Shown one piece after another: positions 26,301 to 64,000 of a stretch of 64,000 bases of DNA. Every line of letters begins with the position of its first letter. Positions within the stretch are counted from its first letter, which is position 1. The stretch comes from Euglena gracilis (Eukaryota). The DNA lies in the NCBI GenBank assembly GCA_039621445.1, contig CP154954.1, positions 40,107,572 to 40,171,571 of the forward strand. The letters run 5' to 3'. The notes below the pieces were generated by a model that worked only from the letters and a program-made list of their open reading frames with translations, was not told the origin of the DNA and did not search any database. The position numbers and the translations under genes were made by a program.

Positions 26301-29300
26301 ACCAGTCCAACAATGCAACGACTGCGAGCGACCGTGCGTGTTGAAGAGCAGTTAATCCGCATGGGGAACGACCAACCAACAGAGGGGCTTGGCCAGGACC
26401 ACCACGAGGGCAGCAACGCGAGCAAGCACCACTTCCCTCCATATGCATGGGAGAAGGGTTGTGGAATCTGCTGTCCGCTTCAGGTACGGCCAAGGCGACG
26501 GATGGCTGGAACAAAAATCGAGCATCGTTGCCCATTGGGCTGGTGCTTGTGCAATGACGAAGGAAGTGGGATGGCCTTTGAAGGCGGCAGCTTGACAGTG
26601 GAGGCCAGAGGTGGTGTGGAGGACTGTTGGGTGGGCTGGACTGCGGAGGAGAGGGATGGTAGTCAAGGAAGCGCCAAAAAGTGGCTCTGGACGGTTTTTG
26701 CTTTGTTTCCAGGTGCCCACCAGGTAGGTCCATCCCAGCAGCGGGCTGGACTTCCAGTCAGTTTCTTTCCTTTCCAGTTGCGTGGTTGTACCCCCCCCCA
26801 CAAAGTTCTGAAAAAACCTCCGCCAGTGACCCCGTTTTCGAACGGTTCGGCTCACCCCAGCTGTGGTTGGCCAACCTTTCGTACAGCAGACCGCCAGAGG
26901 AGGATCCCACACCCCGGCGGAGCTGCTGGCTGGAAGAAAAAAAAACAACGATGTGCTGGCTGGGGTGTGGTCCCCCCCGGCTGCAAACATTGGGGAGGTG
27001 TGTTTGCGGGCATGTGCATGTGCGTGTGTGTGTGTGTTATCGTGGGTGGGTGGGACCCCCACGTGGGCAGGCGATCGGAGGCATTCCCGCGGGCCCCCGG
27101 CCCCGGCCCAGCCCCGGCGGGTGGTGGGGCGCAGGCTGGCCGGCTCCCGCGGCGCAGCGGCCGGGGCGGGGCGGGGCGGGGCGGCCTTGGTGGGGGCCGC
27201 CGCCCGGAAGGGGGAGGCCCACTGGCTGGACGGCTGCCGCGCCCGGCTGGGGTGTGTGCGGGGGGACCCCCGGCCCCTGGCCGTGGGGGCAGTTCCGGGG
27301 AAGGCTGCCTCCCCTCCCCAAACCTTCCACCCCATGTTCATGAGGTAACCGATGGAAGGTTTCCAAACAAACACGTTTGGGGTTGTGTACCCCGGATGCA
27401 TCTGGTGACACTTGCTCTGAGGCACCCTGAATGGCAAAGTCCCTGCTTCCATCTCCCCGTCCCGGGGCACCAGATCACATTTTGCCGTGCTTGGGTTTTT
27501 GGGATTTTGATTATTCTTTTTTGCCAAAAAACCCAAAGTGGCATTTTGGATCCATTTTTCGGGAACTTTTTGGTCACTTTGGCTGTGCCACTATTTAGGT
27601 GGGGGTGGTGTTCCTCCCCCCACTGAGCGAAAGGGGGTGGGGCTGGAGCTGCCCCACCTGCCCTTGATATCGAATGCTGCTCCCAAATTGGGAGCAGCAT
27701 CCCAATTTTGAATTTGTGAGAACCCAATGATTGGTGTAAATGCGCAAATGAACCATTTGCACAAATCTGTGAACGGGCCACATGTGCAAGCTGAGATTGG
27801 TGCGTTGTGAAATTCCACAAACAACATTGGTTTGCACAATGCGCAAATAGTCTGTTTGGTCGGTTGCGCATCTGCACACTGACCACTTGTGCAACTTAAC
27901 ACACATACCATTTAGAGGTATGTTGTCCGCAGTTGAGCCTGTGAAAAACAATTTTTGATCCTCAAAATAAATGGTATTTCTGGGTTGTATAAATTTAACG
28001 GTGACCTTTACCCCCCCCCAGCATTTTAGTCTGAAAATGAGGCACAGTACATTGGCTGGAAATGGATGTGTCAACTGAGTTGAAAATCTTGGTGTTGGAG
28101 GCCATATAAGACAATGCCGTGACATGCTTTATTTGACCTTCTCGGACGCACAGCACCTCCACTTTGAGCACAACAACTCCGCAGGCTGCTCTCCTCCTTC
28201 TCATCTTGTCTCGATTGTAACAGCTTCAAAATTAAAACAAAACTTTGGTCCATTTGCGAAATGGAGCACAATCAACCATCAGAATATGAAATGACGTGTG
28301 GGGAGGGGGGGGAGGCGGACTGGAGTTTTGCGTATTGGTGGATGGATGGATGGATGGGTGGTTGGATGGGTGGAAGGAAGGATGGACGGACGGATGGATG
28401 GATGGACGGACGGATGGATGGATGGATGGATGGATGGATGGATCTGTATATGTGCATCTGTATGCCAAAAATACACGAGAAGCCCGGTCCTTGCTCTTGC
28501 ATATACTTCACTTTGGAGAGGTCAGCGGGTTTCACAACTCAGCGACGAGTTTCAGAGGGTCAAAACAAATTTGTGTTCCTGAGGATGTTTACCACCAGAA
28601 AATAAACAAATGGAGGGACGGTGTGTCACAAACAGTTCAAAAACCTGGACCCCAACCCTTCAAAACAAAAATGCTCAAGTTACGCCACCTAAGCCCTTGG
28701 CAGGTGGGGGGGGGGGGTCGAACTTCCCCTACGGTAGGGAGCACGCCCTACCAAAAGCCATGACAAACTCCTTCCATCAAAGGGAGCGGAATGCAATCCA
28801 AGGTTCACCTCAACACCATTGGGCTTTCCCCAAAGGGGGCCACAGACCTTCAGGGCCCCGACACCCTGATGGAACCCGCCCCAGGGGAAAATGCAAGCAA
28901 AAGACGACTTTCCGGAACAAAATGCGGAAGTGGGTTGAAACCTGAAATACCCGCGGGGGACAACGGGAGAAACATCCCTTTTAGGGACGAAAAGCTTGGC
29001 CACCCACCACTTGCCTACCCCCCCCCACAGGCAGTGACAGCGGCAGCGGGGCGCGGGCCGCGCTGCCGAGGCGCTCCACGAGGCCGGAGAAGAACGGCGG
29101 CGACCGCAGGCCGAGGCCGGGGGACGGGCAGACGTCGCCGTCGGAGGGGGACGGCGACAGGGCTGGTGGGCTGGGGGCAGCACCGCGAGGACCAGACACG
29201 GTGCAGGCTTCCCTGTGGGGGGCTTGAAGGCAGATATGACGGGACGATGTGAATTATTTTAACTTCGCACGTTCCAATTCTACTCAAACACACCCACACC

Positions 29301-29849
29301 CACACCCACACCCACCCATACCGTTCTTGGGTGTGTCCTTATAAACTCCCTACTGATGACCTCCCCCACTTATAACCCCCCTCGTGGAGAAAAATGAAAA
29401 GCACTGGTGATGATTTTTTCGGTCGCAAAACGCCCAAAACTGATTTGGAAATTCTTATGAGACCAACCATCATCAAAAATGCCATTTCTGATAAATTTTG
29501 TCAAAAACATCCAATTTGGGGGTTCCCAGCTCCTGCCAACACCGACCGGGGCCTTCCCGATGCTCCTCGAATCCGGTGGAGTACAATGTCTCAAGCCCTT
29601 CTTTTCGGGCAACAAATGCTCAGACGGCCAGGCATGGGGGTGGGGGGATGCGTGCGCGCCGTGAGACCAGTGCTGGGCGGAGAAGTCCGGCGGGCTGGCG
29701 CTGTCAGCGGGGCCATCCCGGCGGTACCGCTTGGGGGAGTGCCCGCCCTCCCCCTCCGTCTCCGCCTCCTCCTCCTCCTCCGCCTCGTCCTCCTCCAAGT
29801 CACGCTTCAGCCCGTTGGCGGGCTCGTCGTCCAGATCCATCCGGGACAT
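14903..29849 (-). CDS. MAN1/Src1/Heh1-like inner nuclear membrane protein (MSC domain: TM1, Cys-rich lumenal domain, TM2, winged helix), ~435 aa
   Basis: Exons: 29679-29849, 29060-29172, 27095-27231, 23587-23681, 22617-22711, 21031-21097, 20734-20874, 19037-19130, 18754-18804, 17732-17816, 17234-17266, 16859-16955, 16339-16407, 14903-14962 (1308 nt). Acidic/Pro-rich N-terminus. TM1 [15 protein letters not shown]. Cys-rich segment [36 protein letters not shown]2 [22 protein letters not shown]-terminus [29 protein letters not shown]. Three GT-AG introns and ten stem-defined introns. Confidence 0.8.
14963..16338 (-). other. Non-canonical stem-defined intron
   Basis: Reads AAC CAGCCCCGGG...CCCTGGGGCTG CCCTC. 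Joins [17 protein letters not shown], giving the terminal WxW of the MSC winged helix followed by a stop. Confidence 0.8.
15619..15893. repeat. Compound microsatellite (TA)n-(GATG)n-(TG)n
   Basis: Directly visible in the sequence. Confidence 0.97.
16956..17233 (-). other. Non-canonical intron, offset variant (4+5 or 3+6 flanks)
   Basis: Stem CAGGCCTTTGCTGG / CCATCAAAGGTCTG. The in-frame join TRFL|IEVVL needs 9 flanking nt rather than 8, so the exact junction is uncertain. Confidence 0.6.
17817..18753 (-). other. Non-canonical stem-defined intron containing nested MITEs
   Basis: Perfect 14-bp inverted repeat CAGGGGACGCCGGC (17822-17835 / 18737-18750) at +4/-6. Joins [12 protein letters not shown] in frame before TM2. 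Confidence 0.85.
18805..19036 (-). other. Non-canonical stem-defined intron (CGG/CCG stem)
   Basis: Reads T|GCT CGGTCCCCGG...CCGGCGACCG CCTCC|G (stem 9/10). Joins NNWLL-W-RMPLS in frame. Confidence 0.75.
19760..20160 (+). pseudogene. DIRS/Ngaro-like retrotransposon reverse transcriptase N-terminal fragment
   Basis: Reads [31 protein letters not shown], then a +1 frameshift into [18 protein letters not shown]. Cut off by the MITE at 20168. Recognised by motif only. Confidence 0.5.
20168..20430. mobile_element. MITE (family D), the same family as the 4116-4382 intron
   Basis: Ends CAGGGGGTTTTTTTAAGAC / AAAAAATCCCTG. Shared core AAAATAGC(A/G)CCTTTTCAAAA..CCGAAAAA..GACCCACCCACCCTACCCC. Flanks CACCCCAC / TCCCCCAC. 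Confidence 0.8.
20875..21030 (-). other. Non-canonical stem-defined intron
   Basis: Reads GGG CAGGGCCGGGCGGGG...CCCCGCCGGCCCTG GCGGC. Joins ELAME|SVLAH in frame, whereas the nearby GT/AG pair would frameshift. Confidence 0.8.
21098..22616 (-). other. Non-canonical stem-defined intron
   Basis: Perfect 11-bp inverted repeat CAGGGCCCCGG (21103-21113 / 22603-22613). Junctions are T|G...C|G. Joins [16 protein letters not shown]. Confidence 0.85.
22712..23586 (-). other. Non-canonical stem-defined intron (CGG/CCG stem)
   Basis: Reads T|GCC CGGGGCCCGA...TCGGCCCCG GCCGG|A. Joins GGC|IPCD, restoring the CxPC motif. Confidence 0.8.
23682..27094 (-). other. Tentative non-canonical intron (imperfect stem, 3.4 kb)
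   Basis: Reads GCC CGCGGGAATGCCTC...GGGGCTTCCCCTG GCGGC and gives the in-frame join AGAG-G-AAALG. Additional hidden exons cannot be excluded. Confidence 0.45.
24690..25043. mobile_element. hAT-like MITE (family B) inside a non-canonical intron
   Basis: TIR CAGGGTTTGAT/ATCAAACCCTG and perfect TSD GGTGCAAT. Colinear with 48634-49034. Confidence 0.9.
27232..29059 (-). other. Non-canonical stem-defined intron (CCG/CGG stem)
   Basis: Reads C|GGC CCGCGCCCCGCTG...CAGCCGGGCGCGG CAGCC|G (stem 12/13). Joins LGS-A-SSQW in frame. Confidence 0.75.
28340..28443. repeat. (GATG/GACG)n microsatellite
   Basis: Directly visible in the sequence. Confidence 0.95.
29173..29678 (-). other. Non-canonical stem-defined intron
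   Basis: Reads C|GCC CAGCACTG...CGGTGCTG CCCCC|A. Joins PPDFS|SPPAL in frame. Confidence 0.7.
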
Positions 29850-29865
29850 GGCGCCCGCAGGCCGG

Positions 29866-29930
29866 CTGTGGATGGGAGGCACCGCAGGCAGAGGGGGGCG
29901 GGCGGCGGGGTGGGGGACCGCCTGGCCGGG
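29866..29930 (-). promoter_or_regulatory. Candidate spliced-leader trans-splice acceptor of the Src1-like gene
   Basis: A pyrimidine-rich tract ends in CCACAG 16 nt before the ATG at 29849. A similar CCCCTTCAG lies at ~12457 ahead of the first gene. Inference only. Confidence 0.4.
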
Positions 29931-31089
29931 CCGGGGTGGACCTCCCTGGGTCTAGTGGTGGCCTTTGTCGGGTTGGGCAGTGCGCACGGGGAGCCAAACC
30001 CGCTGTGACGCATGTGCAGCCTTGCCTGGGCGAGTGGGCTCTCTGGGGGTACGCTTGCAGGGAGGGGGCGTTGCAGGAGTTTGCTCCGTGGCGAGCACGC
30101 AAGCAGAGGGGAAGGCAATGCACGGCGGTGGGGAAGGCGAGGGGCCCATTCACGGGTAGGGGGCAGAAAGGGTCAAAAAATCGTCGATTGGAAATCGTGC
30201 AGATGTGGGGCCGTTGCTGTGGTGGAAGGGTGAGAGTGATGAGAGGGGGGGAGGACCATTTGGGTGATGTGACAATGAGGGTGCAATGGTGCAGAGGGGC
30301 AAAAGATGAGGACGAAGGGCACAGGTTCCTCTCTGGATCTGCCAACCACTGCAAAACGAAAATATGTCTTTCTTGCTGGCGGTCTGTCTGTCTGACTGTC
30401 TGTCTGTCTGTCTGTCTGCCTGTTTTCTGTCTGTATGCACGTATGTACGTATATATGTGTGCATGTACATATTGTAGACATGCACACGTAAGCACAGCCT
30501 GCACAATGCAATATGTACGATTTTATGTATGCACATATATGTGTCATTCCAAAAAAAATTCTGGGGCTTCGCTCCAAAACCCACATCCACGCCTCCAACC
30601 CAGATGGGGTCCTGGGGAATCTGGCCTGGATCCCAGCCCACCCCTGAGGGGTTTTTTGAGTTAAAAAGAAGCCGGTTTCCCTGGCAAAATGCAATGCGGC
30701 GTGGGAGGGTGATGGTCACCCCATAAGAGGAAATGACGGACGGCTGTTTTTTTTTGGTAGTCAGCCGCACACGAGACGGGTGGGGCCCCCCCCCCCCCCA
30801 GCTGGGTGGGTCAGCGGACCCCCCCCCCAGCCCGGGGGACTTGAGTGCTTGCAGGAAACGTGTGAGTGGAAGTTGCCGGAAAAAAAAATAACTGAGTAAA
30901 TCCGCATTTATTATTGGGGGTTACACTTCAAAATAAAGGGGACCATCCGTGGTTGGGGTGCTGCCTGTGTGGCCCTTTCTTTGGCTCCTGAGGGCAAAAG
31001 GAGCGAGCAACTTTGTAGGGTATTCGGGTATTTGGGGAGTTGGGGGGGGGGATGGTTCAAGTTCTGCCAGCCAGTCACGTTGGTATACA

Positions 31090-31187
31090 CAGACAGACAA
31101 AAAGACAGACAAACAAATATACAGCCAGCCTGCCAGTCAGACAGGCAGGCAGATATTCAAAAAAAAAACATAAGACAAGCAGACAGA

Positions 31188-31222
<35 letters not shown>

Positions 31223-31243
31223 AGAGCCAGCCAGCCAGACAGA
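31090..31243. repeat. (CAGA)n/(CAGC)n microsatellite
   Basis: Directly visible in the sequence. Confidence 0.85.
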
Positions 31244-31827
31244 CCCCAAATTATTATTTGGCGGTATCGGTTAATTATATTTCCAACCCCCCCCCAAAAA
31301 GGCAACAAAAACACTTCACCAACCCCTCTGGTCCTTGTTTCGCTAGTCTCAATTTTTTTCAATTTCTGTAATTTTTTTTTTGGAATTTGCAGTATTTTCC
31401 GGAAAGTCCTTGGGAAGAGGGGTTATTATTCTGCGGGTAACTTTAGGAAGATGGTGACAAAAAAGAGTTTGGGTTCATGCTGCATGGTTGTTCAAATGTT
31501 TAAATGACACTTCCTGCTAGCATCCTGCCATCCTCAGTCAAAGACCAAACCATGGGCGGATCTTCTTTCAGGGATGCAACAGTATGAGGTATTGAGGGGG
31601 GGATTGACTGCCAGCCAAGAACTGCGAAACAGAGACGAAGGACGAGGAAGGACGAGGAAGGGAGAGGGTCCAGGCGGCACAGCAGCAGAGAGAGGGGGCG
31701 ATCGGCTCGCGGTTAGCAGCCCGCCAGGCTGCTTCGGGGGTCGGTGAGCTGCCACCCCACAACACCAGGTACTTGCTTTAGGGGGGGGGGGGGGCACAAC
31801 ACAAACAGGGATGGAACCGCAGCCCTG

Positions 31828-31941
31828 ACACACAACACAACACAACACAACACAACACAACACAACACGACACGACACGACACAACACAACACGACACGA
31901 CACGACACGACACAACACAACACGACACAACACAACACAAA
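31828..31941. repeat. (CACAA/CACGA)n microsatellite
   Basis: Directly visible in the sequence. Confidence 0.95.
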
Positions 31942-31994
31942 CACGCATGGAACTGCAGCCTTGAAATGGGAATCCATGGAGAAGCCCGCGGAAG

Positions 31995-58855
<26,861 letters not shown>

Positions 58856-61488
58856 CTGCGACAGGTGAACAAAACACCACAATCAACAATGAATTCAGAC
58901 AGGAGGGAAGAAAAGACCTACTTCCTAAGGAAAACCACAAACAACAAATACAGGGCAGGAAACAGCCTGGCTCCCATGTGTTCAGAAAATCGAACTGTGC
59001 AGCAAAAAATAGGCCAAACTCGCACTTCAGTATGGTGATGAAAGAAAGTCCTGAAAAACGAGTCGCCCCCCCCCCCGGGGTGCACGACTAAAAAATGTGC
59101 TTCAATTTGGCGCCACATGAAATCCGTCGTTCCAACAGTTATTTGCACTCAACAAGACACCAGTTTGCATTTGATTGGAAAGCTTCCGCCCGAACCGATG
59201 TCTCTAGACACTGGATCCGGTGGTTTGGGGGGCATGTCCGGGTTTGGAAAGCAAATTTCTTGGTCACTAGAAAATGAGGTTGCATCTCAAAAAAACAAAT
59301 AATTTCCAGCATCTGTGAAAATTTGTACCGAGAATTATGTCCCAGGCACCGGCATAGTTTATTAAGAACCAGCGTCTGGGACACAGTCCTTGAAACCGTT
59401 TCTAGGGGGCTCCGGCTTCACGCCCGAACCGGCGTCTGAGGAATTACGGCCAATTTGGCTCCAAATGTCCATGTTTGGGACACGTTTGGGCGACTTTGGT
59501 CCGAATCGATCACCAATCGAAATTGGTGGATTTCACAACCATGATGCCATGTTATCCATTGCCAAATCCCACAGTTTTTTAGGTGCTGTATTGGCTCCGG
59601 TGCTAAATTGCATGTCAATTGAAAGCTCTCCACAAGACCTTTCGCTTGATACCACAGAACTCAGCCACACTTCCACCAGCGCTCTGAAAATCGCAGGTCG
59701 CATGTTTTGACCCTGTTCACAAATTCCAAATTCCACTTTTCACCTGCCAAGTTGCCCCTCAAATGAAAGCTCTTCTCAAGGGCTTTCAGCACATAACTCC
59801 AAATTTCAGCCATTCTGCATGGCTCTCTTGTTACAGAAATTCCCCAAAATTTGCACAAGGGAATCCACAAACAAACCTAATTTCTGGTCTCAGACATGTT
59901 ACCAAAGCATTTTGGACACTTTTTAGCACTTTTTATTTTGGGTCCTCCAGACGCTGGGTTCAGGCGCGAACTAGACACCGTTTCAAATTATTTTCAGCCC
60001 ATTCACAATTCATGATGTCTTTATCCCCATTTCGAGAGCAGTGGCAAGAAATTGTTGTGTGTAATGCTGTTTTTGGCGTGTTCTGCCTGCAAAATTTCAC
60101 AAAATGGTATACAAATTGGTAAGAATTCAGCTTTGGGCCATTTCATTTGAAACTTGAAAAGTGGATACCACCTCAGCACCTTTTTGGGCGGTGAAATGAT
60201 TTGTATCTCAATTTTGTCGCTGGCACCCCCCAGACCCCCTCCCTGCCGACCCTTCACCGCTTCATTTTACCCGCATCATGCAGGACCTTCTTGCTGCAAT
60301 AAAAATGTTACGCAATTTCTGCCCAAAAAAGCACCAAATTTCCGAAAATACCAGATGAAATATTGTGCGCACAGGCGCACTTTGGGACGTTTTTGGCCAC
60401 CGCCAAAAATTGTCAGAAACGGCCGAAAAGGACCTTTTGTTTGGGGTGACCCAAAATCCCCCAATCAAAGTGCCGTATTTGGGGTGAAATTGTCCGTGAT
60501 TCTTTGAATGCCAGTTTGGACCGTGGAGCCAGAGCGATAATTGCAGGCCAAAACGCCCCCCAAAAGTGCAAAAGGTTACGACAACGACATTCTATGACCA
60601 TTTTGGTCACCTTTTTACTCTTTTCAGTTGAGACCCTTACATGCTGGTATCACACTCGAACCGTTGTTCTGGACACCGGTTTCAATGACAAGCGGCTGTG
60701 CTGACATTGGAGGTTTCTGTGAGGAATCCAGCACCACATCCATTTTTGAACTTTGTATTCACTTTCTCATGCTTTCTGTGGCATGTTTACAATTTAAAAA
60801 GCAATCCTCTTTACGGATGCCAAAATCTGCAAGCAACCCAAAAAAAACCACTGTGTATTCCCCCCCTCAAATTTCAGGAATTTTGGCTGCCCAAGGGGGA
60901 AATTCATCGGGGTGACGCTGGGTTAGGAGGGGGGGCATCCCCCTGATTGTCCCTCCCAAATTGGCCAGAAGGGGGAGGCCGCCCAAAGGGTGGCCAAATA
61001 GAGGGGGGGGGTCATGTTACCATCCTCCCTTTGTGTGGTGGCGGCCGCCGGGTTCACAACAGAGCCGGCGTTCTGTCGTGAACCTGGCGGCAGAAACGCT
61101 GGTTTCAGCGACACCCCTACAGCCTCGCGGGGTTGTCCAATTGCCCCCCAATCACAATTGGGGGTGAATTAGGGAGGTTGCTGAGCTCTTATCCCTGGGT
61201 AAGAGCTTACCCCCCCTTGACCACACCCTTCGTTCGACTTTCCAGTGCCACACTCTGTTTGGGGTCAGCCACCCACACCTTCTCAGATGCTTTCTGCCAC
61301 ATTTTACAAGAGTTTGGTTCCCGTTGGTTGGCAAAAAATAGGTTCAAAAAAATCGTTTAAAGCAAAATTTACTATCCAATGTGATCTTCAATTTTCGACA
61401 AACCTCATCTTTCCGTCAGGGGATTTCTTAAGAACCCCTGGGGGGGGGTCCCGGTCTGGGCCTGGGGGGGGTCGTGGGGGGGGGAGCA

Positions 61489-62021
61489 CAGGGAAGGATG
61501 AGAAGCCTTGAGGGGGGGAGGCTGGTTCGGACCCCCCCCTCCGGACACGGAGGGGGGGGGTCGGACCCCCCCCCCCCTCCTACCTCGAAACTGAGGGGGA
61601 GCCGAAAAATTTTCGATTTCATGGACGGGCAAAGTGCCGAAAAAAGGGTCGAAATTGGTCAAAAATCCCTGATTTTTCTTTGAAAATCGATCCAAAAATG
61701 CTCATTTTTTGAAATTTTTTGAACATTTTTTGGGGGGAGAAACACGAACACATCAAAAAATGGGCAATATGTCTAAAAGTGAGCAAAAGGGGTGTTTTTT
61801 TGCTCATTTTCCGGCGCGCAGCGCCGGAAGAAAATTTTCTGCTATTTTTGGCACCCGTCAAGGAGGTGGGGGTGGGGTGGTCCGGACCCCCCCTCCCAAC
61901 ATCTAGGGGGGGGGGGTGGTCCGGACCCCCCCCTACCCCCTTACCCCCCCAGGGGGGGGGGGGGTCCGGACCCCCCCCCTCCCACCCACCTCCATACCAA
62001 ATGGCTTCCCATCCTTCCCTG
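61489..62021. mobile_element. MITE (family E)
   Basis: TIR CAGGGAAGGATG(A/G)GAAGCC. Colinear with 10720-11131. Confidence 0.75.
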
Positions 62022-62339
62022 GGTGCGTACCTGGGGTACTACCACCCCAGTACCTGTTGTACCTGTACAGGTACTGGGGGGTACACGCAGGTCCTGGGGG
62101 GGGGGTAAGTACCCCCCCACACCGGCGCCGACAAGGCCCATGTTTAAATAGGTACGTACCCCGCCCAGAACCTGTTGTAACCTGTCCAGGTCCTGGGGGG
62201 GTACACGGAGGTCCTGGTGGGGGTACGTACCCCCCCACACCGGCGCCGACGAGGCCTATGTCTAAACAGGTACGTACACCCCCAAATCGTGTTGTACCTA
62301 TACAGGTACACGCAGGTCCTGGGGGGGGAAACACAATTG

Positions 62340-63545
62340 TTGGAGGGCCCCAAAATAACAAAATACCTTGTGTTTCCAAGTCGTTTTGGGGGGCAAATCC
62401 CTTGTGTTTCCAAGTCGTTTTGGGGGGCAAATCCCATTTGTTGCTCAATTGTTGGAGGGCCCCAAAATATCAAAATCCCTTGCGTTGCCAAATCACTTTT
62501 GGTGGGCAAATCCCTTGTGTTTCCAAGTCATTTCGGGGGGCAAATCCCTTTTGTTGTCCAACTGCTCGAGGGCCCCAAAAATATCAAAATCGCTTGCGTT
62601 TCCAAGTCATTTTGGTGAGCAAATCCCTTGCGTTTCCAAGTCATTTTGGGGGACAAATCAGTTTTGTTGCTCAACTGTTGGAGGGCCCCAAAGTAACAAA
62701 ATCCCTTGTGTTGCCAAGTCATTTTGGGGGCAAAATCCCTTGCGTTTCCAAGTAATTTTTGGGGGCAAATCCCATTTGTTTTCTGAATTGTTGGAGGGCC
62801 CCAAAATATCAAAATCCCTTGTGTTGCCAAGTAATTTTGGGGGGCAAATCCCTTGCGTTTCCAAGTCATTTTGGGGACAAATCCCTTTTGTTGTCCAACT
62901 GCTTGGGGGCCCCAAAATAACAAAGTCCCTTGTGTTTCCAAGTCATATTGGTGGGCAAATCCCTTGTTTTTCCAAGTCGTTTTGGGGGGCAAATCCCTTT
63001 TCTTGTCCAACTGCTCGGGGGCCCCAAAATATCAAAATCGCTTGTGTTTCCAAGTCATTTTGGTGAGCAAATCCCTTGCGTATCCAAGTCATTTTGGGAG
63101 GCAAATCCCTTCTGTTTCTAAGTCGTTTTGGGGGGCAAATCCCTTTTGTTGTCCAACTGCTCGAGGGCCCCAAAATAACAAAATCCCTTGTGTTGCCAAA
63201 TAATTTTGGGGGACAAATCCCTTCTGTCTCCAAGTCAATATGGGGGGCAATTCCCATTTGTTTTCTGAATTGTTGGAGGGCCCAAAATATCAAAATCCCT
63301 TGTGTTGCCAAATCACTTTGGTGGGCAAATCCCTTGTGTTTCCAAGTCGTTTTGGGGGGCAAATCCCTTTTGTTGTCCAACTGCTCGAGGGCCCCAAAAT
63401 ATCAAAATCGCTTGTGTTTCCAAGTTATTTTGGTGAGCAAATCCCTTGTGTTTCCAAATCATTTTGGGGGGTAAATCCCTTTTGTTGTTCAATTGTTGGA
63501 GGGCCCCAAAATAACAAAACCCCTTGTGTTTCCAAGTCTTTTTGT
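62340..63545. repeat. Tandem satellite with a ~112-113-bp unit built from ~33-bp subrepeats (~10.5 copies)
   Basis: GGGCCC(C)AAA recurs at ~62345, 62457, 62570, 62683, 62796, 62907, 63019, 63165, 63278, 63389 and 63501. One unit is ~146 bp because it has one extra AAATCCCTTGTGTTTCCAAGTC subunit. Confidence 0.93.
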
Positions 63546-64000
63546 TGTGTATCTGTACCTGTACAGGTACATGCAGGTCCTGGGGGGGGGTGCGTACCTG
63601 TTTAGACATAGGCCTTGTTGGCGCCGGTGTGAGGGGGTTGTATCACCCCCCAGTACCTGCTTGTACCAGGTACGCGCCTTGTACCAGGTACGTACCCCCC
63701 AGAACCCCCCCCCACGGCCAGGCTCCCCCCAGGGGGGGGAGGGTCCAGCCTCCGGCTGGAAAAAAGGCTGGCTGGACCCCCAAGGGGACAGGGGGGGGGG
63801 TCCGGGGCTGGAGGCAACTGTGCTGGGCTGGGCTGATGAAAAACAAATTTTTCAAAAACATTTTTGCCTTCTCGAACACAAGTTTATGTGCCAGACATTG
63901 GGGGCGAGGAAGCTGTGATGAGAAAAAAAAATGCAGGGATGGGTGAGCCGGGCAGCCCAATTGGCTGACCAGGCTGGACCAGGCCTCTGGCCAGGCTGGA

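Noticed and set aside
26313-27626. 437-aa (+) and 394-aa (-) ORFs
   Set aside because: These are GC-rich chance frames across repeats. Only 27095-27231 fits a gene model, although a hidden exon near 26400-26700 is not excluded.
62340-63545. CRISPR-like regularly spaced repeats
   Set aside because: The intervening sequences are themselves repeated with no unique spacers, there are no cas genes, and the context is eukaryotic. It is a satellite.

Overview
This is eukaryotic nuclear DNA, most likely from a euglenid. That assignment is an inference from the intron type, the GC-rich micro-exons and candidate trans-splice acceptors. I reconstructed three intron-rich genes by hand, all on the minus strand: (1) a ~240-aa permuted papain-like (PPPDE/LRAT-like, H...NC) protein at 3687-12404; (2) a ~435-aa MAN1/Src1(Heh1)-type inner nuclear membrane protein at 14903-29849; (3) an Ariadne RBR E3 ubiquitin ligase at ~32000-58855, with its first exon not found. 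About 13 introns are not GT-AG. Each is instead defined by a terminal inverted-repeat stem starting at intron +4 and ending at -6, so splicing removes 3 nt + stem-bounded insert + 5 nt (one case needs 4+5). The two youngest such introns are recognisable members of MITE families with other copies in the window, and both retain 7/8-identical 8-bp target-site duplications (TSDs). Free copies of CAG...CTG MITEs show perfect 8-bp TSDs, and a decayed hAT-type transposase relic lies at ~54.4-54.9 kb. Since 3+5 = 8, splicing removes exactly one TSD copy, which suggests a hAT-MITE intron-generating system read by the non-canonical splicing pathway. The rest is nested MITEs, a DIRS-like RT fragment, microsatellites, a ~113-bp satellite bracketed by inverted repeats, and two stretches that look like base-calling artefacts. 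All gene models are manual and lack transcript support.
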